A stretch of DNA of 64,000 nt, taken from Octopus sinensis (Eukaryota). The notes under the pieces were generated by a model. That model made no database searches, was not told the origin of the DNA, and was given only the letters and a program-made list of their open reading frames with translations. Numbering within the stretch: position 1 is the first letter of the stretch; each line of letters starts with the position of its first letter. A program made the translations under genes and the position numbers. Positions 11,272 through 23,949 of the stretch are shown one piece after another. The stretch lies in the NCBI RefSeq assembly GCF_006345805.1, contig NC_042999.1:23684001-23748000 (forward strand), read 5' to 3'.

Positions 11272-11317
11272 CCACTACAATTGTTTCTTGTCACTTCTAA
11301 GGACATTCATCAGGTGG
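11272..11317 (-). ncRNA. Minimal type I hammerhead ribozyme motif
   Basis: CCAC-CUGAUGA-A UGUC(loop)GACA A-GAAAC-AAUU-GUA-GUGG: stems I, II and III and the GUA site all present. Confidence 0.7.
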
Positions 11318-11933
11318 TTTTCAGACCTTCTATTCAATTTTAAATTATATATATATATATATATATATATCACCGTGATCACTGTGACCGACCAGGCTAT
11401 CAGATGTTGCTACACATCGCTGGTCACAATGCGCTTCGCATTGTTTTAGCCTTCAAATGACACCACCCCGCTGGCTAAGCGAGCAGGCCAACAGAAGAAA
11501 GAGTGAGAGAAAGTTGTGGCGAAAGAGTACAGCAGGGATCGTCACCACCCCATGCCGGAGCGTCGTGAAGCTTTGGGTGTTTTCGTTCAATAAACACTCA
11601 CAACGCCCGGTCTGGGAATCGAAACCGCGAGTCCGCTGCCGAAACCACTGGGCCATTGCGCCCCCATATAATTTTTATAATTTTTATAATTTTTTATAAG
11701 TTTTTATATATATATACATATATTTTTGACCTTTTTGTTTATCGCTCGAAGATTGACCGTTTTTTTCTAAAGGGCCAATCAAACAAGTCCATTTCTTTTT
11801 AAAGGTGTAGCGTTTGTAAGAGTATAGATTGAATTGATATATCAGTTCCATTCTAACAAAAACTGTCTGATGAACGGCAACGAGAAACTCAGAGTAACAG
11901 ATTTTGTTGAATTTTCTGCTGCTTAAAATAAAG

Positions 11934-12009
<76 letters not shown>

Positions 12010-12194
12010 GTATAAACATACATACATACACACATACACACACGCATACACGCACACAGAATACAAATAAATATCTTCATTTCAAAGTGAATAGAAATTA
12101 ATAACTAGATTGCAGATGATGAAAATTGTATTTCCTTCTGCTTTGTTTTCCTTTTATACAAAATTCCAGTATAAAACCGATTTTATCATTCCAG

Positions 12195-12385
12195 CGAAAT
12201 TTTGTCCTAACAATCAAGAATACAAGAGCAAAGTCTTAAGATGTCAGCCATCTTGTATTAATAAGACCCCCAACTGTACGAGGTACACAGAAGGTTGTGT
12301 GTGTAAACCCGGATTTTTTCTTAGTGGAGAAGAATGTGTTTCGGCATCAGAATGTGGTTGTTTCAAAAACGGCATTTATATGAAG
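12195..12385 (+). CDS. Gene A exon, TIL domain
   Basis: ttccag|..|gtaag, phase 1-0; PKFCPNNQEY...CQPSC...GCVCKPGFFLSGEECVSASECGC. Confidence 0.92.
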
Positions 12386-13182
12386 GTAAGTGATTATAAC
12401 ATATCTCTCGGTTTCTTTAAAGTTTACCCATTTATGCTTACGAGAAAAATTAAACTGATTATGTATTATAGGATTGTCATGAAAAAGAAGCGACAGCTTT
12501 TGATTAATTGTTGTTGTTGTTGCTGTTTGTTTGTTTGTTGAGCGAAGCGGTCTTCGTCTTTGGGAGAAGTCCGAAACGTGGTCCTTTGCTATTCGTAAGA
12601 CCCGCAGAAGAGAAAGCAGGTCAACTCCCCGACACCGAGAGCATCGACGGATGGATGAATGCGCGTCCAGGCTCAGCGGTTGCGTAGGAAGTCGGGGGCA
12701 AGAAACAGGAAGAAAGAGTAAGCGAAAGTTGGAGCGAAAGAGTACAACAGAGGTCGCCACCACCCACTGCCGAAGCCTCGTGGAGCTTTTGGTGTTTTCG
12801 CTCAATAAACACACACAACGTCCAGTCTGGGAATCGAAATCGCGATCCTCCGACCGCGAGTCCGCTGCCCTAACTACTGGGCCATTGCGCCTCCACTATT
12901 GTTGCTGTGTAGCTCCGGGTCAGTCCTAATCAAACAAACAAAAGTTTGATCTCAGCTGCTGTCTTTTTTTTTCTGAAATTCCATTATATTGATGACAGTG
13001 TGATTTGATCGCAATTCAGTTGACATTTGTAGCAGGTTGAGCGACTAAATTGAAACTCTCTTGTTACTGAGCGGGGTTTGGAATTCGATAGAATAAGTAG
13101 AAGACTTTAATAAAAATAATAAGTACTAGGTTCAATTTTACTCAGTGACTGAAACAAAAAAATGATTTGCTCTTTTTATTAG

Positions 13183-13366
13183 CTCCACGAAGAAATATAT
13201 TCCGTTGATTGTCTTACAAAATCAATATGTCGCAAAGGTGGAAAAGTTGAGATAATAAAAACCGGTCCATGCCAAGCAAACAGTGAATGCAGGATCATAC
13301 ATAGGAAACGTTCATGCGTGTGTAACGAAGGATATTCTCTTTACAAAGGCAATTGCGATAATCTAG
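13183..13366 (+). CDS. Gene A exon, TILa/EGF-like domain
   Basis: tattag|..|gtaag, 184 nt, phase 0-1; LHEEIYSVDCLTKSICRKGG...CQANSECRIIHRKRSCVCNEGYSLYKGNCDNL. Not in the ORF track; found by translation. Confidence 0.9.
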
Positions 13367-13455
13367 GTAAGATGCATATTTTGTAACATTGGTATTTTGA
13401 AACAAAATAGGTTCTTCTCCATCATTCTGTACAAGTAATATATCAATTATATCAT

Positions 13456-14455
13456 GGCGGCGAGCTGGCAAAAATGTTAGCACGCCGGGCGAAATGCTTA
13501 GCGGTATTTCGTCTGCGTTACGTTGTGAGTTCAAATTCCGCCGAGGTCGACTTTGCCTTTCATCCTTTCGGGGTCGATAAATTAAGTACCAGTTACGCAC
13601 TGGGGTCGATGTAATCGACTTAATACCTATGTCTGTCCTCTCTGTGTTTAGCCCCTTGTGGGTAATAAAGAAATAGAAATAGGTATTTCGTCTGTCGTTA
13701 CGTTGTGAGTTCAAATTCCGCCGAGGTCGACTTTGCCTTTCATCCTTTCGGGGTCGATAAATTAAGTACCGGTTACGCACTGGGGTCGATGTAATCGACT
13801 TAATACCTATGTCTGTCCTTGTTTGTCCCCTCTATGTTTAGCCCCTTGTGGGTAATAAAGAAATAGGTATTTCGTCTGCCGCTCATTCTGAGTTCAAATT
13901 CCGTCGAGGTCGACTTTGCCTTTCATCCTTTCGGGATTGATGAAATAAATACTAGTTATGTACTGAGGTCGATGTAATCGACTATCTCCTCCCCCAACGT
14001 TTCAGGCCTTGTGCCTACAATTATTTTAAGGTGGCGAGCTGGCAGAAACGTTAGTACGCCGGGCGAAATGGTTAGCGGTATTTCGTCTGCCGTTACGTTC
14101 TGAGTTCAAATTCCGCCCAGGTCGACTTCGCCTTTCATCCTTTCGGGGTCGATTAAATAACTACCAGTTACGCACTGGAGTCGATATAATCGACTTAATC
14201 CGTTTGTCTGTCATTGTTTGTTTCCTCTGTGTGTAACCCCTTGTGGGCAGTAAAGAAAAACATTAGCATGCTGGGCGAAATGCTTAGCGTTATTTCGTTT
14301 GTTTTTACGTTCTGTGTTCAAATTCCGCCGAGGTCAACTTTGCCTTTCATCCTTTCGTGGTCGATAAATTTAGCACCAGTTACGCACTGGGTCGATCTAA
14401 TCGACTGGTCCCTTTCCCCAAAACATTTTGGGCCTTGTGCATAGAGTACAAAAGA
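13456..14455 (+). mobile_element. Tandem cluster of about 5 full or partial copies of a second tRNA-SINE (other copies: 7335-7750, 17839-18040, 20145-20390, 28889, 42505, 50625, 58585)
   Basis: Repeating gttctgagttcaaattccgccgaggtcgactttgcctttcatcctttcggggtcgat unit. Confidence 0.85.
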
Positions 14456-14599
14456 ATATATCTAATATATCAGGTGTTTCTGATAAGCAGCTAAGAAGTA
14501 TCAATAATGAATGTATTTGAATTTGCCTACAAAATTAGCGTAGTAATGATGTGACGTAGAAGGGCTATTAAAGCACCGAATAAAATATCTGTGTTTTGA

Positions 14600-14770
14600 T
14601 TCCAAATCGCATCGCTGACTTATATGATGGTATATGCATATTCTTGCCCATCTCAAGCAACCCTATCCGGCTAATTATATCTACACTTGTCAGAAGTTTT
14701 GATGGGAATGTCCCACCAGTATTCCTTATATTGATGTGTGTGAATGTCTTCAATAACAGGGGGATTCTCT
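14600..14770 (-). mobile_element. RLE-type (R4/Dong/NeSL-like) LINE fragment
   Basis: Minus-strand translation EYWWDIPIKTSDKCRYN*PD resembles the restriction-like endonuclease region. Confidence 0.5.
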
Positions 14771-14923
14771 ATATTTATTTCAAGTCAGTCTTTTTTCTTA
14801 TTGGCATTGTGTATTATTTTAGCAACAGCATCATGTTGCATAAGGAGGTAGTATCTTGGCAGCAAGGCCGCCGAGGGGAGCATCTTGCTTTGTTCGTCAA
14901 CCGTTTTGCATATATCTTTTCAG

Positions 14924-15160
14924 GCTTTGGAAAATTTATCCGTGTCCAGCAAGCATTACTTCAAATAAGTCCCTTCTACATTTACCTCGCTGCACACCCA
15001 AACAACTGCGCAAAGAAATGTCAGCAAATCAAGGAATGCTTAGCATTCAACTATGACAATAAAAATGATATATGTAGCCTGTTATCTGAAGATGCCTCTA
15101 CAAACAACACTTTGAAATCAGAAGATTGTGAACACACAGACTACTATCAATTGAAGAAAA
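14924..15160 (+). CDS. Gene A exon, PAN/Apple domain 1
   Basis: tttcag|..|gtatgt, 237 nt, phase 1-1; NCAKKCQQIKECLAFNYDNKNDICSLLSED...TDYYQLKK. Confidence 0.88.
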
Positions 15161-15188
15161 GTATGTAATATTAGGAGTACTGGTAGTA

Positions 15189-15755
15189 TTGGGTTGTCCG
15201 GAAAGTTCGTGCCGATTTTTAAAGGAAAGAAAAAGGTCAATAAATATTTGCCATTACATTTTTTAATCAACCAAATATGAACCATTTTGTTGCACAAAGC
15301 GTCTCCATCTTTCCTTTAACTTGAAAATACCCTCTTCCCAGAATTGAGGTGGTTTCATGGCAAAGAATTCATCAAAATATCTTTTTACGTCATCCAAGGA
15401 ATTGAAATTTTTACCAGTAAGACTATTCTGCAGAGAGCTGAATAAGTGAAAATCCGAAGGAGCAATATCTGGTGGTTATGGAGTGTGGGGTAACACATCC
15501 CAGCCGAGCTTCAGCAATCTTTGTCTGGTTCCCAAAGCATCAAGTGTCGAAAATGAACTTTCTTATCTTCCATTTTAAAAGGTTACAGAATTAACACAGG
15601 TTATAGGAACAAAACCCTTCTTCCGCGAAAAGATAGCTTAAACTATGCTCTAAATGGAGGTGTAGTCAAATCTTATTTTATGGACGCAACCATGATCTAA
15701 AATAAGTCGAAAGGTAAACTACTATAAATCGGCACGAACTTTCCGGACAACCCAA
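15189..15755 (-). mobile_element. Internally deleted mariner element
   Basis: Perfect 29-bp TIRs (ttgggttgtccggaaagttcgtgccgatt), TA on the left; transposase C-terminus PDIAPSDFHLF..LKERW. Confidence 0.9.
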
Positions 15756-15819
15756 AAATTAGATTTCCGTTTCCTCCATTCTTATTTCATTTCTCTCTCA
15801 CTCACTCTCTGTCTCTATG

Positions 15820-16003
<184 letters not shown>

Positions 16004-16028
16004 AATATATATATGATATTAGTTTCAG

Positions 16029-16241
16029 GTGCAAGGAATGTAATTAAAGGAGCGGCACTGAGCACCTGCGACGAAAAAAAATTGGTTAACGACAATTACT
16101 CAAAACCGGAATGTGAGAAGACTTGTTTGGCCGTGAAGTGTAGTGCACTCGATTATTCAGCTACTAAAAAGCAATGTCATATCTTCGAACATGATATAAA
16201 GCATCATGGTTTGTATGGAGACGAAGACACAGTATACGTTG
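16029..16241 (+). CDS. Gene A exon, PAN/Apple domain 2
   Basis: tttcag|..|gtaag, 213 nt, phase 1-1; [27 protein letters not shown]. Confidence 0.82.
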
Positions 16242-16933
16242 GTAAGTTTACTCTCGATATTATTGGATATTCGTGAAATCAAGTTCCACCGAGGCTGCAT
16301 TTGCCTTTCGGTGGCTTACAGAATATGTATCAGCTGTAATCATCTAGTCCCTCCCTCAACATTTCAGACATTTTACCTTTAGCAGAAAGGATGTTATTTG
16401 ACATTCGAAAGTGGCAAACCGGTATAATGTTTAGCAGCATTTTTTCTTCCTTACGTTCTGAGTTCAAATTCCACCGAGATCGACTTTACCTTTTATCCAT
16501 TCGGGGTCGATGAAATAACAACCAGTTGCGCACCGGCGTCGATGAAATAACAAATAGTTGAGTACTAAGGTTAATGTAATCGACTTGTCCCTTGTATCCC
16601 AAATTATAGGCCTTGTGCTCCAAGTAGAATGGATTATTATTGGTCAGCCGTATTTCTATTGTGAATTCTGAGACGGACTTTACACGCTGCACACAGTGAA
16701 GACAATTAAAAAAATCAAGTTAAATATTAATAGTTTTGTATAAATTAGTTAATCATATAACAATTGCTTTAATTATATAATAGTTGCATTGTTCTTAATC
16801 GCAATTCCCTCGACTGAGTGGACTTGTGATCGAAGGTGTTCTAACGATCACCACCTCCTCGTCGAGCCGAGCTAATCATCATAGTTTTTATCTTTCAAGG
16901 ATCTTTAGGAATAAAATGTAGATATCTGTCTGC

Positions 16934-16999
<66 letters not shown>

Positions 17000-17225
17000 C
17001 TATCTATCTATCTATCTATCTAATTTGATTCACATTGTTTATTTCTCAGCTTGCTTGTTTCCCTGTGTTTGAATTGAAGTAATTCTACTTGTTGCGATTT
17101 TAATAATTATACTTAGATCTACTAATTCATCGTTGAAGTAAATAAATACTGATTATGGAACAGAAGCAGTTCTAAAATATTTAACACCCGGGAAGAATCC
17201 CTATAAATGTATTGCGTTAAAAGTG

Positions 17226-17607
17226 TAGGCGCAATGGCCCAGTGGTTAGGGCAGCGGACTCGCGGTCGTAGGATCGCGGTTTCGATTCCCAGACCGGGCG
17301 TTGTGAGTGTTTATTGAGCGAAAACACCTAAAGCTCCACGAGTCTCCGGGAAGGGATGGTGGTGATCCCTGCTGTACTCTTTCATCACAACTTTCTCTCA
17401 CTCTTACTTCCTGTTTCTGTTGTACCTGTATTTCAAAGGGCCGGCCTTGTCACTCTCTGTGTCACGCTGAATATCCCCGAGAACTACGTTAAGGGTACAC
17501 GTGTCTGTGGAGTGCCCAGCCACTTACACGTTAATTTCACGAGCAGGCTGTTCCGTTGATTCGGACCAACCAGAACCCTCGTCGTCGTAACCGACGGAGT
17601 GCTTCCA
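17226..17607 (+). mobile_element. Third tRNA-SINE family (same head at 11370-11662 -, 12520-12893 -, 18277-18645 -, 33905-34275 +, 35510-35795 +)
   Basis: ggcgcaatggcccagtggttagggcagcggactcgcgg..ggtttcgattccc head with different 3' tails. Confidence 0.8.
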
Positions 17608-18109
17608 ACCAACAACATTGTCACATACTTGTGTCACTTCCGAAATGAGTTGAAATTGGCCAGTCTGAAGTATACAGAAACTTATAACTAATATACCGAT
17701 TTGCGATGACACCGTACAAGCAATAAAATTCAAATTGTGCAATAGAAGCAGGTCTAGCGTAAAATATTTATCTGTATAACACACTTAAATCTCTTCATAA
17801 AGGGATATTACCTGGAATACGTTATGTATATTATATAGAGGCGGCATGCTTAGCGGTATTTCGTCTGCCGTTACGTTCTGAGTTCAAATTCCGCCGAGGT
17901 CGACTTTGCCTTTCATCCTTTCGGGCTCGATAAATAAAGTACTAGTTTCGCACTGGGTCGATGTAATCGACTTAATCCCCTTTTTTTGTCTGTCCTTGTT
18001 TGTCCCCCTCTATGTTAAGCCCCTTGTGGGCAGTAAAGAAATATATATAGATTAATATTGATGTGTTTTAAAGATATCTAAAGTTTTTTCATTTTTCATT
18101 ATTTTGCAG

Positions 18110-18123
18110 GTTTTTCTGAATGA
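18110..18123 (+). CDS. Gene A terminal coding micro-exon (G-F-S-E-stop)
   Basis: polypyrimidine tract + ttgcag|GT TTT TCT GAA TGA, in frame with the phase-1 PAN2 donor; AATAAA 48 nt downstream; conserved in the inverted copy. Confidence 0.65.
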
Positions 18124-18170
18124 CCTATATCCTAAATTACGTCAAGTAAACCATTATATGTATAAGCACA

Positions 18171-18176
18171 AATAAA
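18171..18176 (+). terminator. Polyadenylation signal AATAAA, gene A
   Basis: AATAAA downstream of the TGA at 18121-18123. Confidence 0.55.
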
Positions 18177-19347
18177 GAGTCTAAATATCTATTTAAAAAA
18201 ATTCTTAGTCTTTCTTTAAATTCTTCTTTTTAAAAATTTTTCGTTGTTAAAATCTTCTTGCGGTTATTAGAAATTGCTGCTGCTGTTTGTTTGTTGGTTG
18301 AGCGAAGCAGGCTTCGCCCTTGGGAGAAGTCCGAAACGTGGTCCTTCGCTATTCGTAAGACCCCCAGAAGAGAAAGCAGGTCGACGCCCGACACCGAGAG
18401 CATCGACGGATGGATGAATGCGCGTCCAGGCTCAGCGGTTGCGTAGGAAGTCGGGGACAAGAAACAGGAAGAAAGAGTAAGCGAAAGTTGGAGCAAAAGA
18501 GTACAACAGGGGTTGCCACCACCCCTGCTGGATCCTCGTGGAGCTTTAGGTGTTTTCGCTCAATAAACACACACAACGCCCGCTCTGGGAATCGAAACCG
18601 CGATCCTCCGACCGTGAGCCCGCTGCCCTAACCACTGGGCCATTTTAGTCCATTCCCACTCTTTAGACTTTTGTAGATCTGATCACTGTAGCTCAGCGGA
18701 TTTAGAGAGCTGCGGTTATCATTAGGTTGTAGTTTTTATATAGGAATTGCCTTCTCTTAGGCGAATTGCCTTATAGGCTGGAGTGCTCCACCTGCTCTGG
18801 AGTTGCCAGAAGGGTGTCAAAGAGGATACTGAATTGCTTCGGGAACTCTGCTCCTTGATCTGTTAGCAAAGTTGACTCCCTAGTCTTTCCCTTTCCCAAA
18901 GCACTCATAAGACAGTGAGGCATTGTGCCTGAAGTTTTTCCGTGATATGCTAATTGCTTTATAGCTGGAATCATGATAGGTGCTACTATTCCGGCTTCGA
19001 ATAATAGTGGGGAACAATAGTGACTAGTAGGTGGTGTATGTATTGACTTATGTATATATATATATACAACGACCTCGAACCCACAAGAGTAAAAAAGAGA
19101 GACAGAGACAGGCAGAAACAAGGTAAATGCTCCTTGTATTTGAACACTATGCAAATATTCTTTTTACAAAACCTTTGTTTTTATTTTTCCAAAATTTAAT
19201 TGTTTTTCATACATACAGTTGAAAAAGTCTCAATGACTGAAACCGGTACTGAAATGTTTTTTTTTATTAAATTACTTTAGAATTTTCGCATTTTCTACCT
19301 TGACTTTTTTTCCCATAAATATCAACTCGTGTGTTCCTTTTCAACCT

Positions 19348-19421
<74 letters not shown>

Positions 19422-19987
19422 AAGAGAGAGAGATAGAGAGAGAGGAGAGAGAGAGAGATAATTATGAGTTAGAGGCTTTGCAACCGTCTAAGGGATAACT
19501 GTATCCGTAGGCACATCTGGTGTATTACCTCAAAATGTATAGGCCTTTGTATAAGGTTAACAGTAGTTGGTAATTTTAATGGTAAACTGTGGTTTAATAT
19601 ATTCAGATAAGAAAACAAATGGACCAACTATTAACAATTAGAAGTTGATCATTGGTATTAAATGGTCACAGTTTAATTATAGCTAAAATAAATGTACACA
19701 CACGAGCAACCTATAGAGGAAACAAAAATGTAAGTCTAAAGACTTAACGAACTTTTTTCCCTTTTTCTTTTTTCTTTTCCTTTTTCCTTTCTCCTTCTGT
19801 CAATATTCCTCTGACAAACTCCAAATCATTCTGACAATGTTTGTTATATAGAACGAGATAAATGCAAATTTACCTCAAAAATAACAAACTGAAACAGCTG
19901 TAAGTGTTATTTTAGCTATAATTAAACTATGACCATTTAATACAAATGCTCAACGTCTAATTGTTAATTGTTGTTCCATTTCTTTTC

Positions 19988-20019
<32 letters not shown>

Positions 20020-20020
20020 A

Positions 20021-20071
<51 letters not shown>

Positions 20072-20699
20072 TATCTATATCTATCTATCTATCTATTTAT
20101 CTATCTCTCTCTATATATATATATATGGAGGTCGAATTTGGCTTTTGATCCTTTCGGGGTCGATTAAATAAGTACCAGTTACGCACTGGGGTCGATGTAA
20201 TCGACTTAATCTGTTTGTCTGCCCTTGTTTGTCCCCTCTGTGTGTAGCCCTTTGTGGACAGTAAAGAAATAAGAATCGTTAGCACGCCGGGCGAAATGCT
20301 TAGCGCTATTTTGTATGTGCTTACGTTCTGAGTTCAAATTCCGCCGAGGTCGATTTTTCCTTTTGAGGTGGATAAAATAAGTACCAGTTGAGTAACGTTA
20401 CTCATGGATATGAGTATAACAGCTGCACACCTCTGCCAAGCCATGGCAATCCAATGTGCCAGAATACGATCATCAAACCAGTATGTTCTCAAGTTCAAAT
20501 TCACGTCCTCCACATCAGACCGTGGTTGTTGGAGTGAACATGCTGAGGCCTCCGTCCTTCGTATGGACTGAACATGGCCAAAGAAAAAAAACAGAAAGAA
20601 TATGATTTATCAGTGAAAGCTTAAGCATCCGATCGTCATTTTAGCAAGATCGATAGAACAAGAGAATCGATGACCCAACTCCCCTATCACTAAAAGGGT

Positions 20700-20962
20700 A
20701 AAGACCCCTTTCTGTCATAAATGACCATGGGATTGTACCTACAAAGTTACTCACCGAGGCACAAGTCCGGACAAGGTTTTTATGGAAGACTAACAGTCGC
20801 CCATGCATACCAGCCTCCTCCTCTCCACATTGCTACAGCTGAGTGAACTGGAGCAACATGAAATAAAGTGTCTTGCTCAAGAGCACAACACAGCCCTAGT
20901 CAGGAATCGAACTCACTACTTCATGATTGTGAGTCCGATGCTCTAACCATTGACCCATGCGC
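20700..20962 (-). mobile_element. tRNA-derived CORE/V-like SINE
   Basis: Minus strand: tggttagagcatcggactc..gttcgattcc..cttgagcaagacacttta. Confidence 0.6.
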
Positions 20963-21191
20963 TGCAACAATAAGCAATATATTATGGACAACTAAGGATT
21001 AAGTACTTACGAGCTGTTACGTGAAAAACAATACAAAATCTAGGTAAATATATAAAAACACGAAACAACAAATTATTTGTTGCGTGATTATAAATCGATA
21101 TTTATCGGAAATAAACAATCTGCCGGAATGCAAAACACAAGTTTTATATAAATATATATATATTTGCGCACGCATGTGTGTTTGTGCGTGC

Positions 21192-21224
<33 letters not shown>

Positions 21225-21925
21225 TGTGAGTGTGTAAATAGGGAACAGCTTTTCTTTTGCGCATGTAATATTCAAAAACACAACTATGTTCATGTTTGAT
21301 GTTTTTTGTGTATATATATGTATATATGTTCATGTTTGATGTTTTTTTTATGGTTTTTGTTTGTGTACATATGTCGTAAATCTTTATGAGTTCTTTATGT
21401 TTGGTCTGGAACAACAGCGATTGTTAATCCTATAGTTTGATACTCCGAGTCTTTTTTATCGTCTTAATCTTAAAAGAAACAATTGTAATGGCGCGTTGTC
21501 CGTATGTTCTGCATAAAGTTGCAAAACGTCTTGGCAATAATTTTATAACTGATAAAATTACTAACTCCGGATTTAAAATTATACACCGTTAAATCCAGAT
21601 AGATTTCAAGATATGATTTTTTTAAACACTTTTTTTATTTTTTTTCATTATATATTTTAAGTGTTAAGCATTTGTGTGCTTAATTTATTGAGTATTTCGC
21701 TATTTTTATTCTTTTTTACTTTTACTCTTTTATTTGTTTCAGTCACTTGACTGCGGCCATGCTGGAGCACCAGCTTTAGTCGAGCAAATCGACCCCAGGA
21801 CTTATTCTTTGTAAGCCTAGTACTTATTCTATCAGTGTCTCTTGCCGAACCGCTAAGTTACGGGGACGTAAACACACCAGAATCAGTTGTCAAGTGAGGT
21901 TGGGGGGACAAACACAGACACATAA

Positions 21926-22009
<84 letters not shown>

Positions 22010-22559
22010 GACGGGCTTCTTTCAGTTTCCGTCTACCAAATCTACTCACAAGGCTTTGGTCGGCTCGAGGCTATAGTAGAAGACACTTGCTCAATGTGCC
22101 ACGCAGTCGGACTAACCCGGAACTATGTGGTTGGTAAGCAAGCTACTTACCAAATAGTCACTCCTGCGCTCTTATTAGTAAATTTGCTGCAATTATTCTT
22201 ATTTATTGCGGAATTCGATATAAAAATTTATGTGCTGTGAACTAACAGACAACTTTATAATGAGTTGAAATGGTTCCTTGTTGTAAATTTTTGATCTAGC
22301 AGCAGGAAGCATCGCCCTTGTTTGTCTGACGTAGGCATATGACTTATGTAAATTACATCTTTGGTCCCCTTGAAGTCCTCACACCGGCGAACAAAAAGAA
22401 AGCTGAGAGACATAACCATGTAATAAGATGCAGAGGTCTTGCAAGGACAATTCTGCATGGAAACGAAGAGTTAGAAGAAAGGAAGACAAAGGTAAAAATG
22501 AAAGGAAAACTTCAAGGAATGGATAGACGAATCATGCACGGCAGATGCATGGGCTACAT

Positions 22560-22640
22560 AATGCAAAATCTTTACTTTTCAAAAATTCCCATTCTAAAGG
22601 GTCGAAACAAACCCGAGCAACGCCGGGCGATACTGCTAGT
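22560..22640 (+). mobile_element. Helitron 3' terminus
   Basis: cccg..cggg hairpin followed by CTAG|T at 22636-22640. Confidence 0.55.
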
Positions 22641-23949
22641 TTTACATATATTTACAATTCAAAATCGTCTCCTTTGCTTTCACTATAGCCCTTAACTATT
22701 TATACTTGCCATTTTCACTTTGCAGTGAAACGTACACCTAACAAGAAAAATTAGAAACATAAATATCTCCAATTCTGTGTGAACATTTACATTTTGTCGT
22801 CTCTCATGACTATAAGAATGTGTAAAATTGCCTTTTAAATTATCTTTTATTGTAACAACACAATTAAATGCACGATAAAAAGTTATGGAATTAAGCACCT
22901 ACTACTATATACATACAACTGAATTCAGAAATTTGAAAAATATATACATAACATTGAACTCAGAAAGTTATTTTAAAAAAAAATCATCGTGGAGAGAAAG
23001 AAAAGAGAAAGGAAAAAAAAATGTAAACAGGTTTGACCTTTTACTGACCATTAACGTCTTTTGTCTCCACCATCTGCCCTGTCTATTTATAGACTCAAAG
23101 AACATGAATTCTTTAACCAACCATTCTCCCACACAATGGAGTGTTGATGGTGGCTGTGGCTACACATAAAACAATGTCATTGATGATGATGATGGTGATG
23201 GTGGTGAAGATGATAGTAATAACAATAATAACTGACAGATCCCGTCTTTTTCCCTTTCTTTTCGTTTCCTTTTCTGTATTTTATTCTCATTATTTCGAAC
23301 TAATACATACAGAGTGAGCCTTGAAGAAAGGAAGAGGAGGAAAAAGAGAAGAAAAAAAAAATAAATAATAAAATAAAATGTTCGGAGATAAAACTATCAA
23401 CAAAAAATACAGACGAATATAGATCAGCTAGTCTTAAAAAGCTGCGCTATGAGCAATGCTTAAAACCCTCAGCCCTCCCTCCAACGTATAATTTACTTTA
23501 AAAAGAAATACTTTAAAAGGGAAAAACGTGAGAAAAAAAAAAAAAGAAGAAATTAATAATCTAAATTAACGATAGTCAAAAACATGTGCCTTCTCGCACA
23601 TAAACACATTATTCACACATATACAAACATGCGCAGATGCAATTATTGAAGTACTAAATGGCACGTCAAATGATATTTAATCGAGTGGAACATTTTGCAT
23701 GCATATCAATATTCTAAAGTTGGACATACTATCCCTTATCCTAAAGCTGCTTCAGACAATTAGGAAGGGTTCCCGACTCGTTGCACCGTCTGCTTTCAAT
23801 CTTGGATTGTGATTCGGCTCAGCCCAAACTCTCTCAGATGTTGTCTGCTGTTGCCTACTCCTACAAGGATTGCACCTGTTTTTTGTTCCTGATTTAACTC
23901 CGATTTGTCCTAGAGCCCATAGAAGATTGTTTTTAGTCAACCATCCATC

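Larger units (their letters stand above)
16165..19330 (+). repeat. Left arm of large inverted duplication
   Basis: Colinear reverse-complement match to 30990-35442, including the PAN2 3' end, intron, terminal exon, a shared SINE and a shared internal SINE rearrangement near 16520. Confidence 0.88.

Noticed and set aside
12347-12929. ORFs of 130-160 aa overlapping SINEs (also 13295-13780, 18230-18631, 33978-34325, 42106-42501, 50164-50697)
   Set aside because: They recur wherever the SINEs occur and encode no recognisable domain
13456-14455. Regularly recurring repeats resembling a CRISPR array
   Set aside because: The units are about 180-200 bp SINE copies with no unique spacers, in a eukaryotic context with no cas genes
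16809-16866. 58-nt hairpin (ctcgac..gtgatcg..cgatcac..gtcgag) as a miRNA or SECIS candidate
   Set aside because: SECIS geometry is not met, the stem is irregular, the sequence resembles a degraded SINE tail, and the terminal pairing is not kept in the inverted copy
17226-17300. tRNA-like sequences (also 1714, 33905, 63016)
   Set aside because: They are SINE heads: A/B boxes are present but there is no complete cloverleaf, and they continue into SINE bodies
18771-19020. TDQGAEF motif suggesting a retroviral integrase
   Set aside because: No other integrase motifs are present, and the motif reads DQGVES with stops in the paralogous arm; left as an unclassified repeat
23725-23740. Possible target-site duplication of the CR1 LINE (actatcccttatcc vs acagtcctttatcc at 28381)
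   Set aside because: Only 11 of 14 bases match, too divergent for such a young element, and the 5' end is uncertain
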